A DNA stretch of 62,172 nt, filler included, from Bipalium vagum (Eukaryota), in the NCBI GenBank assembly GCA_037834085.1. It is 3 parts of 3 records of this genome, joined end to end, with 100 filler letters (N's around TTAATTAATTAA, not from the genome) between each part and the next. Parts side by side here need not be neighbours in the genome. Positions count along the whole stretch, not along the records: positions 19,600 to 39,801 come from JBBMKC010258222.1; 2 more parts are not named here. One strand, written 5' to 3'. Position numbers and translations under genes: made by a program. Within the stretch, counting starts at the first letter, position 1; each line of letters begins with the position of its first letter. The notes below the pieces were generated by a model. That model was not told the origin of the DNA. It did no database searches and saw nothing but the letters and a program-made list of their open reading frames with translations. This document shows, piece after piece, positions 24,401 through 37,603 of the stretch.

Positions 24401-27400
24401 ATAGCCTTTAAAATATCTTATCAAATTTAATGAGCTGAGATATTTTAAATGAAACAAATATTAATTTTTATAAATCACGTGACAACTCAATTTTCACATG
24501 TAAACTTTTGAGTAAGGTGATCAATGTCATAGTAAGCTATGTGAAAACTATTTTGATGTAACTACAGAAATAGAAACAGTTTAATCATATATATGTTCTT
24601 AGTTCAAATCAATGAAACTTCGCTCGAATTTAATAAATAATCTTCAAAAATGAATTATCTGTTAAAGTGATCCAAGAAATGAATGTTGTTTTTCTATTAT
24701 ATTCGTAAAATTAGATTACCGATAATTATAAAGTTTTTTCCACAACCGAGCAGTAATCACAGTTGGTATTAAGAACTGAGACAAAAATCTCAATCTGATA
24801 TTGATGAAAGAGAAGATATACAAAAAAACTATCTAATCTCTTAATTTTTCGTATAACCTCTCAACTCCGTATATGAAAATTGAATTAACGAAACCTAATC
24901 GATATTAATTAACTTTAAGTTCGTTCAAAAAAATCTCAACCTGATTAACTCAACAGAAAACTTCAATAATTTTAGTTTCACTTTGCAATTTTAAATACAT
25001 TTTTTACATGTAAAAATTCGATTAGAATTTTAAGTATTAATTAATAATAAAAATACCACATACGAAAATAGGACAATAAATGAAAGCAACACAGAAGACA
25101 AAATAATTTGTTTCCGAAAAAATAATAATTTGGAGAAAAATTAAATTTTCTGTAATTTTTAAATTAAAACTATTGGATGGTTTTATTATTTTCACAAATA
25201 AGTATTAGAAAAATCAATAATTAATAGTATTAATAATTATTAATACACATTGCATCAAATTTAATTTATTACCTTTGAGGGAATATTATTGGGCTTCGGT
25301 GAACTTTCTCCCTGTTTTGATTGAATTGATTTATCTCCAAAAACCCCTGATTTACTTTCTTGAGAAAGTGTATTTGTGTTCTATAATGATCATTACAGAA
25401 CGTTTTTATATTAATTATACAGTTAAATAAGATATATTGATATTATTCTTATCACTTTTGTAAATAAAAAATATTATGGATCCAATTTAACTGAGCCCTA
25501 ATCAAAAAAACTTCAAAATAAATCTTATTATTATTTTGTGATATTCGAACTTCAATTTTTAGAAATTATTAAATTTAAAGAAAATCACGGAAATTAACGA
25601 TACGGGAAAATTGCTAATAAAAAGAAAATTAGAGGATTTTGAAGGAAGATGACAAAATACAATTTGTATAAGATTTATTTCTATCAACACGAGTTCCAGA
25701 AAAAAATTCTTTCAGACTGAGATAACATTGGTCGAATGACGCTACCAATTTCCAAAAATAAAAATAACTATAATGGTATAATACCTTCGAATAAATAAAA
25801 AATCGATAAGATCACACAAAGGTAGGAGGACCAACTACTGGAAATATCCTTTAACTGAACAACGAACAAAGGAGTAAACACAAGATCATCAGCTCAAATA
25901 AAAACCATACTTTGATATAAAAAGGAAATTGTATATGGAAATATATAAGTATATTAGGTCTACATATACCGGGTGCGTCGTATAATCGTAGACTATTTTG
26001 AATCAGTCAGCCTAATCAAACAGAAAAACAGCTCTGCCTATTTGTTGATATTTTTGTGTTGATTGGAATTTGATATATAATTGATTAAAAATTTTTTTAT
26101 AGATTTCATATTTTAGATGAACATAAACGACAAAAGGCAAGCGTTAGTTGTTGTACTCCAAGCCCAAAAATCTGTAAATGAGATTATGGATATATTAAAA
26201 GTCTCAAAAACACTGATCTTTAAAATTAAATCAAACCTGGAAAACTATGGCAGCGCCTTGAAGCCCAGAAAAGATTTGAAAAAGGACAGTAAGAACAAAA
26301 AAATTGATTGAAAAAGTCAAAAACAGGATAAGTTATAATCCTGTGAAGTCAATGCGCAAAATGTCCAATGAAATGAGTATTTCAGAACCTACAATGAGAA
26401 AAATTATTAAAGAAGACCTTAATTCAAAGACAAGAGCAATAAGGGAATGCCAGTTGCTAACTAATTCACTCAAAGTGTCCAGATTAGGGAAATGTAAGAA
26501 AATCAGGTCAATGATGAAAAAAATGAAAGGGCAAATCTTGCTCTATTCTGATGAGAAATATTTCACTGTTGACAAAGTTCAAAACAGTAGAAATGATAGG
26601 TGCATCACAGATATGCCTGTGAGAGATGTCCCAGATCACATTAAAAGCATTGCCAGGTCAAAACATCCCACCCATATGATGGTTTTTGGACTGGTGTCAT
26701 CAGATGGTAAAAAAATGCCTCCAGTATTGTTTGACAAAGGTTTTTAATTAAATACTGAAGGTTATCTGAAGATTTTACAAGAAAATGTTCTCCCATGAGT
26801 TCGAGCCAACTATGACATGGGAAAAGTCATTTTTACTCAAGATGGAGCTCCATGTTATACCTCAAAGGCAATCCAAGCGTGGCTCAAAGAAAATATGAAA
26901 TTCTGGGATAAATCAATATGGCCCGCTAGCTCACCTGATCTCAATCCTCTGGATTTCTCAATATGGGCTTCTGTTCAGATAGAGGCCTCCAAAGTACAGC
27001 ACCCTAATTTGAAGTCTCTAAAGAAAGCTGTAACGAAGGCATGGAACAATCTATCTTAGGAGTACATTCTCAAGACTTGCTCCAGATTAAGATCCAGGGT
27101 TCAGGTCGTAATTGATGCTGATGGAGGTCTTTTTTAATAATTCTTTTATGTATGTATAATGTAATAAAATATAGGTTCATATTTAGTTCTCAATAAAATT
27201 TTACTTCATGAATTTAATTTTTTATATTTGTGCATTTATTTCCGCGATTATACGACGCACCGGTATATGCCGTTGTTTTAATAAATCCTTTTCAAAGAAG
27301 TTTTTTAAATATATCAAAATTATTTGTGTTTTGGCGATTTTATGAAGTTTAATGCATAAATATTTTTCGAAGAATTTGATGAATATGCATCTCTAGAAAT

Positions 27401-30400
27401 ACATACAAAATTGTATGATTCTGGAATTGCATTAAAATAAACCTAGACGATTAATTAATCAAATCCACCAAGATGCTGTTGATTTCAGAAAATGTCAGAG
27501 ATGGTTTTCCAAATTCAAAGTCGGAAATCTTGGTTGATAAATCATCAGTTGTGAATACTAATATTATACAAGCATCGATTGAAAATGGAGTGGTTTGAAT
27601 GCTTTTACAATTAGAAATCAACAGAAAAAAATTTACCGACCTTTAAAGATTGATAAAGGAAGCAATACAGAAATATGGACACCTCACGAACTCACAGATA
27701 GCCAAAAAAGCGTGTTTCAATATGCAAAAAATACGTTTCCAAACAAAATAAAGACTTCCTAAATCATATGATAACAGATAATGAGAATTTGGTTTTGCAC
27801 AATATCTCCAATCCTAAAGGACAATGCCTTTCGTATTCCCTAATACCTGCAATCACTGAAAACCAAATATTCAGAAGAAAATGGAAATTTCAAATGTTTG
27901 GTGGTCCACTAGGATTATTATTCATTGTAAGCTGCTACATTGTGAAACAATAACTGTGGATTTGTTATGTGCGCCGAGAGATTGAAATACGAAATTGAAA
28001 AACATTACCAGTTTTGGTATCAGGTCATTATTTATCAGGATAATACACAACCACATACGGCAAAGACAGTCAACAAGATAACCGTCTTTGACAATTAACT
28101 TTTATCTCATCCTCTTTACAGTCCGAACATTGTATCTACTAACTGAAATCTTTTACTAGTAATACAAAACTTCATGATCAGGGAAAAGTTCGTTTCTTAT
28201 ATATAGGAAAAATAAGTTTATATTTTATTATTATATATATTTATTTCTTTTTTATTATGACTACCCAAACAAATCTATAAATATGTGTTTTCGTAAAGTC
28301 TAATCAAATCAATCAAACGAAAATTGTATTGAAATTGATATTAAATAAATGAAACATTCAAGAAAATATACAATATTAAGCGTTCATAAATTAGTTATCA
28401 TTGACAATGTAACATGAAAATCGAGAAACCCTTAATAATATATTACACGAATTTTAAAAAATTTATTATTAATACAAGTGATCCAAAATAATATTTAGTA
28501 GCATAACCATTGGAAGCGATAACAGCAGTACATCTGCGAGGCATAGAGTCAACAAGTTTAATCAATTTTTCTAAAGGAATTTTCATCCAACTTTCCTGTA
28601 AAGTTCTAAAGAAGTCATGTTTATTGGATATCTTTTTAACTCGGATGGTACGATCAAGCTCCTCTCATAAATGCTCAATCGGATTAAGGTCCGAACTCTG
28701 ACTAGGCCACTTCATAACACGGATTTTGTTGCGTTCTAGCGTTTGTTTAATAACATTGGATGTGTGTTTGGGGTCGTTATCCTGTTGAAATTCCCAACCT
28801 TTTTTCATGGTTTCATGTGCAAATGAAATCATTGTATCCTTAATTATGGTATCATATATTTGCATGTTCATGATGCCGTTTATTTGAATAAGAGGTCAGA
28901 CTCCAACTCTGGAAAAACAACCCCACATCATGACATTTCCTCCACTGTGTTTAATAGTCGGAACTGATATCTCACATTAAATCTTTGGTTAACAGATAGA
29001 CGAACATATAGAATTAAATTTGCTTTCGTCACTCCAGAGCACCTTATACCAAACTTGAATTGTCCAATCTGTATGAAGGCGAGCAAATTCCAATCGGGCC
29101 ATTCGATTTTTCTTCGATATAAAAGGTTTCTTGCTGTGACGTCTTGCAAATAATCCAGTAGATTGTAGACGTCTTTTTACAGTAGAAACACTGATTTTAT
29201 TTGATGAATTCGAATGACTTTGAATAATTTCTGTGATATCGACAGCAGTTTTTAGTGGATCTACTTTTGAGCAACGAAACGTGAACAAATGTGATCTTGA
29301 TGAGCAGTTATTTCCCTTGGTCTTCCAGATATTTGTGCATTAAAAATACTTAAATTTCTGTTAAATTTGTTGACCTAATTGCTGATTACCTGTCGCTTAC
29401 GCCCAAAATTGAGCGATACACTTGCTTGTGTTCTTCCTCTTTTAACTGCCATAACAACTCGTTCCTTAATATCATTACTATAAATTTTTGTTCTCAGCAT
29501 GATTGAAACTAATAAGATTTAGACATTATTTTAAGAAAATAGTTTATAATCGTAATATAAATTGATTATAAATAAAATTACAACTAATTTTTGAGCGCTT
29601 GCTTTTTTATTATTTAAAATTTTATAAATTGACCAATTTTGTTCCAAATGTTTTTTGCGGGAATTAATGTTGCATTACTTTTTTACAACCGAAACCTGTG
29701 CAGAAACACATCACTTGTTGGTAGACGTTTACGACAAATATACTCCTCCCACTATGACATGCAAAGAATTGTTTTGAAGATTACGACATCACGGACAAAG
29801 AGTATGGTGGACCACAAAAATGTTTGAAGATGAAGAATTGGCACAATTACTACACGAAGACCCATGTCAAACGCAAACCGAACTGTCCATTGTGTTAAAT
29901 GTGAGCCAAGGATGCAATTGCCAACGTCTGAGAAGTATGGGAATGATTAGAAAATTCCCACATAGATTGACAAAAAGAGATATTGAAAGAAGACTTAAAA
30001 TTTGTGACATCCATCTTCAGATGCAAAAAAAAAGTTTCTTGCATAGGATTATGACAGGACCGAGACATGGATTCGATATGACAACTCAAAACGCAAAAAA
30101 TATTGGATGAATGCTGGCAAACCGAGTACATTAAAGCCCAACACACAATATCCATGAATCTAAAATAATGTTGTATATCTGATGAGATCAAAAAGGTTTG
30201 ATTTATTATGAACTGTTGAAACCATCAAAAACGATGACTGGTGAACGTTATCGATCCCAATTAATTCGTTTGAAGCGAGCTCTGAAAGAGAAAATGACAG
30301 ACATGATATGATAATTTTACTACAAGATGACGTCAGACCGCATGTTCATTCTATTGTAAATAATTACTTAGAGAATGCAAACTGGGAAGTCTTACATCGC

Positions 30401-33400
30401 CCAACATATTCACCAGATATGACTCCTTCAGATTTTCATTTTTCCGCTTGATGCAATCCACGCTTTCTGGATTTCGTCAAAAGAATCAGAATTTTTTTCG
30501 TGGAATTCAATCGTTTCCTAAGAGATGGTTCAATGTCATATCTGTAAATGGAAAATATTTTGATTAAATTTTATTAAATAAAACTTTTTTAAAAATGTTT
30601 TTTTATTTTAAAAAAGCTGAATCGTGCTAATACACCTAATAAAAAACATTTTCTTAAGAGGGAAAGAATAATCCAGATTGGCGAATCCCTATTTCGGTAG
30701 ATTTTTCATATTTGTTTATTTTTATATATTTCTCATTCAGTTTCAACCCTAAATATCACAAAGTTCGTGTCCCGGAACACGATTTATTGGTGTTTGGAAT
30801 AGTTGGCGATTCGGATAAAGCACAAATATTTTTAACACTAGTTAAAGATAGATTTAAATTATAAGAACTGTAGTAAAAGCAGGTTCATGTATAAAGAATG
30901 ATGAGTGGAAAGCCTTTTGTAAATTGGCCAAGGACATGAATTATGCGCATCACACAATAAATCATAAGCATAATTTTGTTTATAAGGAGACCAGTCAAAA
31001 TTCTTGAGGAGAATTTATGGAAATGAATTGGAATCTTATCTCACCAAATGGACGAGGAGACAAAATTTTTTGAAGAATAACGAAAATGCAATTTTTTAAT
31101 TATTTAAAATATAAATTGAGTGTTTTATTTTAATGTTTTTATTATTATAATTTATCATGTTTGGTAGTAATATGTATCGTTTGTTTTTCAACCCAAATGA
31201 GTTAGAAAAAAACATCACTCGAAAAGTTTACTGAATTATTTATTTTAAAAAAATCAAAATATATTCTTCATTTTTAATAATCAATTTGTCTAATTTTTTA
31301 TAACCGGATTTCTAAGACATTTGTTTTTGTGAGAATATCATGAATGTAAGGAATAAAGACTCATTTCTAATTTACCAACACTATTTCAATTTAATTCAAT
31401 TAAATAATTATAAAATTACAACATTATTTGAGTAGAATTGAATCTTACATTATTTTGCTTCGACAACCAATCAAATTCCCAATCACATTCCCAATTATTC
31501 TTTTTAAGAAGTTGATAAAATAAATCTCGAATATATTTATAATCTGGTTCTTCAAAGAAATCTAGTCTGCGAACATACCGCAAATAAGTTGCCAATTCTT
31601 CTGAATGATAATAAATATTTGTAAATAATATTTATAAAGAAAATTAGCAATGAAAAAACTGACGAGGAAATTTTTCACATAAAATCTCAATTGGAGTAGA
31701 TCGTTTCGTATCACCGATTTTCTGATATCTTTCTTTAAGATCATTAGCTTTTAAACCTTGCCAAGGCAAGCTGCCGCGGAGAAAATACATAAACATGTGA
31801 CCCAGAGCCTCTAAATCATCTCGCCTGGATTGTTCTAATATTATCCATATAAATAAAATGAAAAATCATAAATTTTCAGGAAAAAACCTTTTCCTAAATG
31901 AGTATTTATGCTCATATATCGAGCTGTGCCGGTCAAACTTTTGTGTTCTCTGTAAGGAATATGTTTATTTGTTTCTGAATCTATATATTCCTTGGCAAGA
32001 CCAAAATCAATCATATAAATTATATTATGCTTATTTAAAGATTGACGACCAGCTAAAAAGTTTTCTGGTTTAATATCTCGATAAATCAGTCTTTTGCTGT
32101 GAACATATTCAATTCTTTCTATCTGGAAAATGTTGTCATTATAATATTGTATTCATTAATTAATTCATAATTTTAATATTTTAAAAAGTGATACAAACAA
32201 ATATTATTTTCTAGTCATGATCAGAAATTTTTTTAAAAAGTTTTTTGTTTTTCACTTATTCTGAGGCCAAAATATTTAATTTTAAAATAAAATTATGTTA
32301 ATAATAATAATAATAACAGAAATAACAATAATTCTGTTATATTACTAAAATTTCATAAGTTAGAAATTTTAGAAAGTTGAATTAGCTAGATTAAATTTTT
32401 TTGAAAAATCAAATTCCTATTTTTAATAATTAATTTAGCATGGACTAACAAGAAATAATAAAAACAAGTTGTATTTTTTTTTTTGGTTTGCGAGATAAGG
32501 TTATGTAGTATTAGATGTATATGTTTTGACCTTTTTATCCTATTGATTCTCTATCGGTTGTGCACCGGGGAAATCAATAGAGATCGATTTAATCTCGAAT
32601 TAAGCCGATGTGCCGAGTCCCGCATAAATATGTCTTTAATCTTTTGATTCTAGCAGAAATTATCGGGGAACGAGGCCACGGACGCAGAGGACGAGAAAGC
32701 AGTTTGACGAATGCCAACAACCAACAATTCCAAACAAAACACTATCGTCAGATAGAAAACTGTTATACGAATTAATAAAATTTTGGCAAACCAAAAACTA
32801 CTGAAATTTTTTGTTCCGACATCTATCAAATTAGCCTTTGTAAATATACTTGATTGAAAGATTAGTGCGACGAAATTACATCTTATAGATTACGATTAAC
32901 AACCCAGTCATAAAATTTTGAATCGACTGGCGGGAATGTTATATTTCTGCATCTTCTCTTTTGTATCGAAAATTTCTCAGCATTTTTCAAAAGATTTTCT
33001 GTACATGTCAAAATTTTGGTTCAGTCAACAGTTTTTTTTAAATCGTTAGAAACCCACTTGACCAAATCTTGTTGGGTATTCCTCAACTGTTTCCCAATCC
33101 TGATTAATTTAATTTTTTTAAATTGTTAGGGAAGGCATTTGTTTTGAGTTTATTTAACTTATTTATTATCTAAACAAATAATATTTATAAATGTAATTAA
33201 AAATTGCTGTATTGTTGTGAAGTTATAAAATCCTTTCATATAAATTGTTAGAAACCAAATTGAGACTAGAAAAAATTTTGTGAAGCATCGATGAAGTTAT
33301 AGTTGTATGACTAATTTTAATTTAATTCATTAACTTTTTTTTCAATAATATTTTTGACGACAAAACATCAATTTTGACGAAATATTAGTCATATTTTTTA

Positions 33401-34127
33401 TATATAAATTGTCGTTTTAAAAAACTTTAAAATACACAATTTTCTAAATGTTAAATAATGTTAATTCACTTTAATTAAATTAAATTAATTTGTGATTGTC
33501 TTGAAAAAGATAAAACATATTTTCAACAAATAATTAAAAATAGAAATAAAAAAATTTTGATAAATGCATTATAATTTATAACCCTCAAGTCAATAAAATC
33601 TTATTAATATTTATTACCAATTGTATTGCAATCATCAGAACTGTTTTCAAAGTAAATTGTCGATTACAATGGTCAAATAAATCCTCTAAAGATGGACCCA
33701 ATAATTCCAGAACTAAGGCATTATATCGACCACAAGGTCCAAAATAAAACACTTTTGGAAATCCTGTAATGGAACTGTCTACAAAATAAAATATGAAGTT
33801 TTAAAATTTTAAATATGTTAGTAACTGTTAGAATTGAGTATTCTATAAAATCTGTATTCTAGATGTAATTGGGGAGCTCTAGTCTTCATTGGTTCCATTT
33901 TTATTGCAACATGTTCATTAGTATACAAATTTTTACCTGAAAGTATTGGAAAAATTCCCCACAAATTGTGGAAAAAATCCTACTCTACCTAATCGAAGTT
34001 CACCGAAATTCCCACAACCAATTTTTTTACCTACCCTATAATTGGGGCCCACCATTAAGAAATTTGAATCACCAGTGGTGTTATTAGTTGATTTCAAATA
34101 TCTATTCTGATCACTTGATCTATTCAT
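21427..34127 (-). CDS. CSNK1G: Casein kinase I gamma (gilgamesh-like) Ser/Thr kinase; about 386 aa
   Basis: Exons on the minus strand: 34127-33989, 33936-33826, 33778-33618, 32122-31888, 31834-31664, 31600-31449, 25380-25273, 21556-21479, 21432-21427. All GT-AG with consistent phases; total 1161 nt. Motifs: [124 protein letters not shown]. The kinase exons are secure; the last three rest on splice signals and frame only. Confidence 0.93.
21703..23139 (-). mobile_element. hAT-superfamily DNA transposon (DUF659/CGGBP-like transposase), defective
   Basis: Perfect 8-bp TSD ATCATAAT (21695-21702 and 23140-23147). Imperfect TIRs TAGGGCGACC / GGTGACACTA. Protein [37 protein letters not shown]. Confidence 0.9.
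23391..23480 (+). mobile_element. tRNA-Ala-derived SINE-like element or tRNA pseudogene (copy 2)
   Basis: A box TAGCTCAGTGG, B-box-like GGATCGAATCC, similarity to tRNA-Ala (..ATGTAGCTCAGTGG..GCATGT..GGTCCCGGG.TCGA..CC..ATCTCC). The 5' acceptor strand is degraded; the 3' tail is shared with copy 1. Confidence 0.78.
23800..24208 (+). mobile_element. mariner 3' fragment
   Basis: [22 protein letters not shown] (HPPYSPDLAPSD-like), followed by a probable right TIR ending in ccttata. Confidence 0.75.
25969..27263 (+). mobile_element. maT/DD37D-like Tc1-mariner element, full length but with a frameshift and stops
   Basis: TIRs ccgggtgcgtcgtataatcg / cgattatacgacgcaccgg with TA on both sides. Transposase 26117-~27138: [45 protein letters not shown]. 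Confidence 0.93.
27264..28190 (+). mobile_element. Degenerate mariner element whose probable left TIR (starting ~25954) is split by the maT-like insertion
   Basis: Pieces [39 protein letters not shown]. Removing 25969-27263 restores tattaggtctacatatatgccgttgtttt, a mariner-like end. Confidence 0.8.
28490..29500 (-). mobile_element. Tc1 (DD34E) transposase pseudogene
   Basis: ATG at 29500; [36 protein letters not shown]; [25 protein letters not shown]; ends GYATKY. Confidence 0.93.
29640..30640 (+). mobile_element. Mos1-like mariner remnant
   Basis: [75 protein letters not shown]. Probable right TIR ending cacctaata. Confidence 0.88.
32700..33140 (-). mobile_element. pogo/Tigger N-terminal (CENP-B-type HTH) remnant in CK1gamma intron 3
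   Basis: [33 protein letters not shown] resembles the pogo TQ..L..W and KR.R...FP.VE..L..W patterns. Confidence 0.55.
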
Positions 34128-35730
34128 TAAATATATTTTTTTCAAAATAGAAACTAAAATAATTTTAACATTTGAAAAAAATTTCAAATTAGTTTTTAAA
34201 AATTATTGGAATCAACAAATTCGTGACTAAATCTGAATAATCAGACTAATAAAATCACAAAATAGTAAACATCTAATTTAAAAAGATGCAATCTTAAACA
34301 AAATCCTTTATAGTTGTAATATATTATTTATAACAAATATAATAAATTATTATTATTGTATTATAAAAATATTTAAACATTAATCTAAAGAAATATAATA
34401 TATGTTGAACTTTTTTTTAATGATAACAGATGAGTGTTATCGATAAATAGTAATAATTTATTTTAATTTTTTAATAAATAAATGCTTTTAGTTTGAGAAA
34501 TGTTAAATTGTAAAAAAACTAATCGACATGTTAAGATAATGTTAATTATGCTAATAACACTTAAAATTTATTTCTTCTGGAAAGCCTAAAATTAAAATTA
34601 CTGGAAACATTAAATGAACAAAGGTGTGTAAAAAGGTTTGCTTAACTCACCTATTGATAATTAACTTATCTTACTTAATCTGACCTCACTTAAGAAAATT
34701 TATCATAACTAATTTCTTTTGATACTTGTCTTTACGGAAATCAGGAAAATCAAACGATAAAAATTTATATTTTAAAGATTTTAATAACAGTACATAAAAG
34801 TCACGGTATTTTATTAGAACTGTGGATATCACATTTTCGATGAGAATGTTAAGTTCCTAAAAAAATATGAATTTTATGGGGTTAAGAACATCGAATTCTG
34901 GACTTTTAGGTAGCTCAATAATATAATTATGATCAGAATGGTTTACAGATGAACGTTTAAAGCAAAAATGCTAAACTTTAAAATCACAATCTTAAATGTA
35001 AACGATAAAATAAAAATTCAAATTAACTAAAATAATACAATTGGTTTCAAAATATTTATTTGAAATTCGGATTTTTCCAATTAAACTCTTTTATGGGATG
35101 ATCAAAGTAGAGAAATCTTTTGACGCAAACTTTGTTTAATGCGCAAAAGTCATAAGTAATTTACCAGCTAGCGGCTGTGTAAATTGTAAAAAAAATGAAA
35201 AGAAAATGGGAGAAACATAAAACTATTTAACCCTCAAAAAAGCTTCGAGCACTTATTTATAAGAACTTATGAATAATATTAACAAGTCAATCGACAAAGA
35301 CTGCTTGATATTTTATTATATAATTTGAGAAATAAAATTAAACTCTTACGAAAAATCGCAGTTTTTACAGATTAAAAAGAAATTCTTTAAAAGTATGTTA
35401 ATTTGAAAATATAGTTTGACCACAGCGTCTTCTGTAGAGTGACTTGTTGTTCTTATTGCTTCAAATCATCCTCTTGTGAACGATTTCTTGAGCTCTTTTA
35501 ATGCCATTTTAGTGTTCTTTTGTGGGTCCTTTAACTATTCCTTGTTGGTTTATATATATCATTTTTTAGGACTATTTCTATTTGTGTCTACATATAATTT
35601 CTAATTTTGTAAGTAACATGTTATTTTACTTACACTAATTTCTATTTATAGTAAATTCTAATTTCTATATTTATATTATATACAAATTCTTTATTTTTTT
35701 CTAATTTCATATTAATAATTAATAATTAAT

Positions 35731-37603
35731 AATGGATGTTATTTTCATGGTTATCCAAAATATTGTGATAAAAAAGAAATATGTTAAAAAAAAGGTTTTA
35801 AATCAATGGAAAACTTATTTAATCGAACATTAGGAAAAAAGAATTATATTATAAAATATTTTCAAGATACTAACTTTAAAATGCAATACATAGAATTATA
35901 GGAGTGTGAATATGAACAAGAAATTTTAACAAATTCTAATTTTAAATATTTTAAAGTTAATTCTTATTTATTTAAACTAAAACCAAAAGATGTATTATAT
36001 GGAGGAAGAACTGAACCAATAACATTATATCACAAATCTCTTAAGAGTAAAAATATAATTAAATGTGTAGATTTTGTATCTCTATATCCAAATGTAAATA
36101 AATATGATGAATATCTAATTGGTCATTCTAAAAAAATAATTGATATTTCAGTAGAAGAATATATAAATAAAATACTGACTAGTAGTTGATATTTTAAATT
36201 AGAAAATGTAAAGTTTTACGTCCAAGAAAATTACTATTACCTGTCCTACCTTATAAAAAGAAATAAAAAATACACATGAATTAATATTTGATTTTTGACA
36301 ATCTTGTGTGGAAAAAATAAATTTAAAATGTAATCATTTTATTAAAAATAATTATTGTCCTAATTCTAATTCTAAAGAGCACTTCATAAATACTTGTCAT
36401 TTTTGTATAAAAAATAAATATAATTTTAATCATGCTAGAAGAAATTGTAAAATATGTTATAGGTTTAAACAAGAAAAATGTGAACATAATGATGAAAAAA
36501 GATCACTAATAGGAATTTAGACAACTATTGAAATTAATAAAGTAATAGAAAAAGGGTATCAATTATTAGTAATTTATGAAATAGATATTTTGAAAAAACT
36601 AAAAAATGATTATTTGAAAATTACGTAAATATATTTGTGAAATATAAATTAGAAGCATCTGGTTGTAAATGTAATCCTAAATATTATAAATCGATTGTAA
36701 TAATGAAAAAAATTGTAAAATAAAAATTACATTTATAACAGAAAATATTACATATTATTTAGACATTGATAAAGTTAAATTTAATGCTAGATTAAGATTT
36801 ATTTCTAAAAAATTTTTAAATATTAAATATGCTTAGGAGGCATTTTTGAATGACAGTTAATTTTGAAAAAAATTCTTTGTTTATAATTATGATGACATGT
36901 GTAAAATAATATTTGATGATAAATATAAATAACCAAATCCAATAATAAGTTTGTTTAATGAAATATTAATTAAAAGATGAATGGAATAAATCTAATAAAA
37001 CAACAAATATTTATATAGCTATATGTACAACTACTCATGCAAGATTAGGACTATATGATATATTAGATAGTTTAAATGAGAGTAATTTACTTATTCTATT
37101 ATATTTATTGATGATTCTTGTAAAAATAAAAATTGTGATCATGAGAATTGTAAATCTGTGAGAAAAATAGAAATAAAAATAGGTCAGAATTTAAGAGATT
37201 TAACAAACGTAATTGAAACTGAATATAGAAAATGTTCTAATATAAATTAAATAGTTATACCTGCTCCTAAAGATTATCATATGAAAATTTGGAGTACTAA
37301 AGATAACAAAATAATTACAACAGGAAAAACAAAGGAATTTGTAGAAAATAATATCAATTCAGATAAAATAACTTGATAAGAAAAAAGAAATTTTAATAAT
37401 CCTTATAATCCTTATAATAAAATGATGTTGAAAATGTTGAAACTATTGAATGTATAAAATTTAAATTAACAGGAAATAATTACAAAGATTTCAATAGAAT
37501 ACAATCAGTAGAAGATATAAAAATGTATGATTTTGATTTTAATAAAAGACAAAATGAATATTTACAAAATGATAATTTAATAAATTATCCATGTGGATAT
37601 TAA
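35731..37603 (+). pseudogene. Protein-primed family B DNA polymerase (Polinton/Maverick/adintovirus type), heavily disrupted
   Basis: Collinear motifs across frameshifts: NGCYFHGYPKYC, ECEY, LKPKDVLYGGRTE (36001), VDFVSLYP, LLLPVLPY, CEHNDEKRSLIG.*TT.E....GY....IYE, LFENYVN.F.K.KLEASG, NARLRFISK, TNIYIAICTT.HARL.LY..LD, PAPKDY, FNKR, terminal YPCGY*. The catalytic YxDTDS region is deleted. Confidence 0.9.

Noticed and set aside
31562-32073. Short ORFs at 31562 (-) and 31858 (+)
   Set aside because: Off-frame or antisense shadows of CK1gamma exons.
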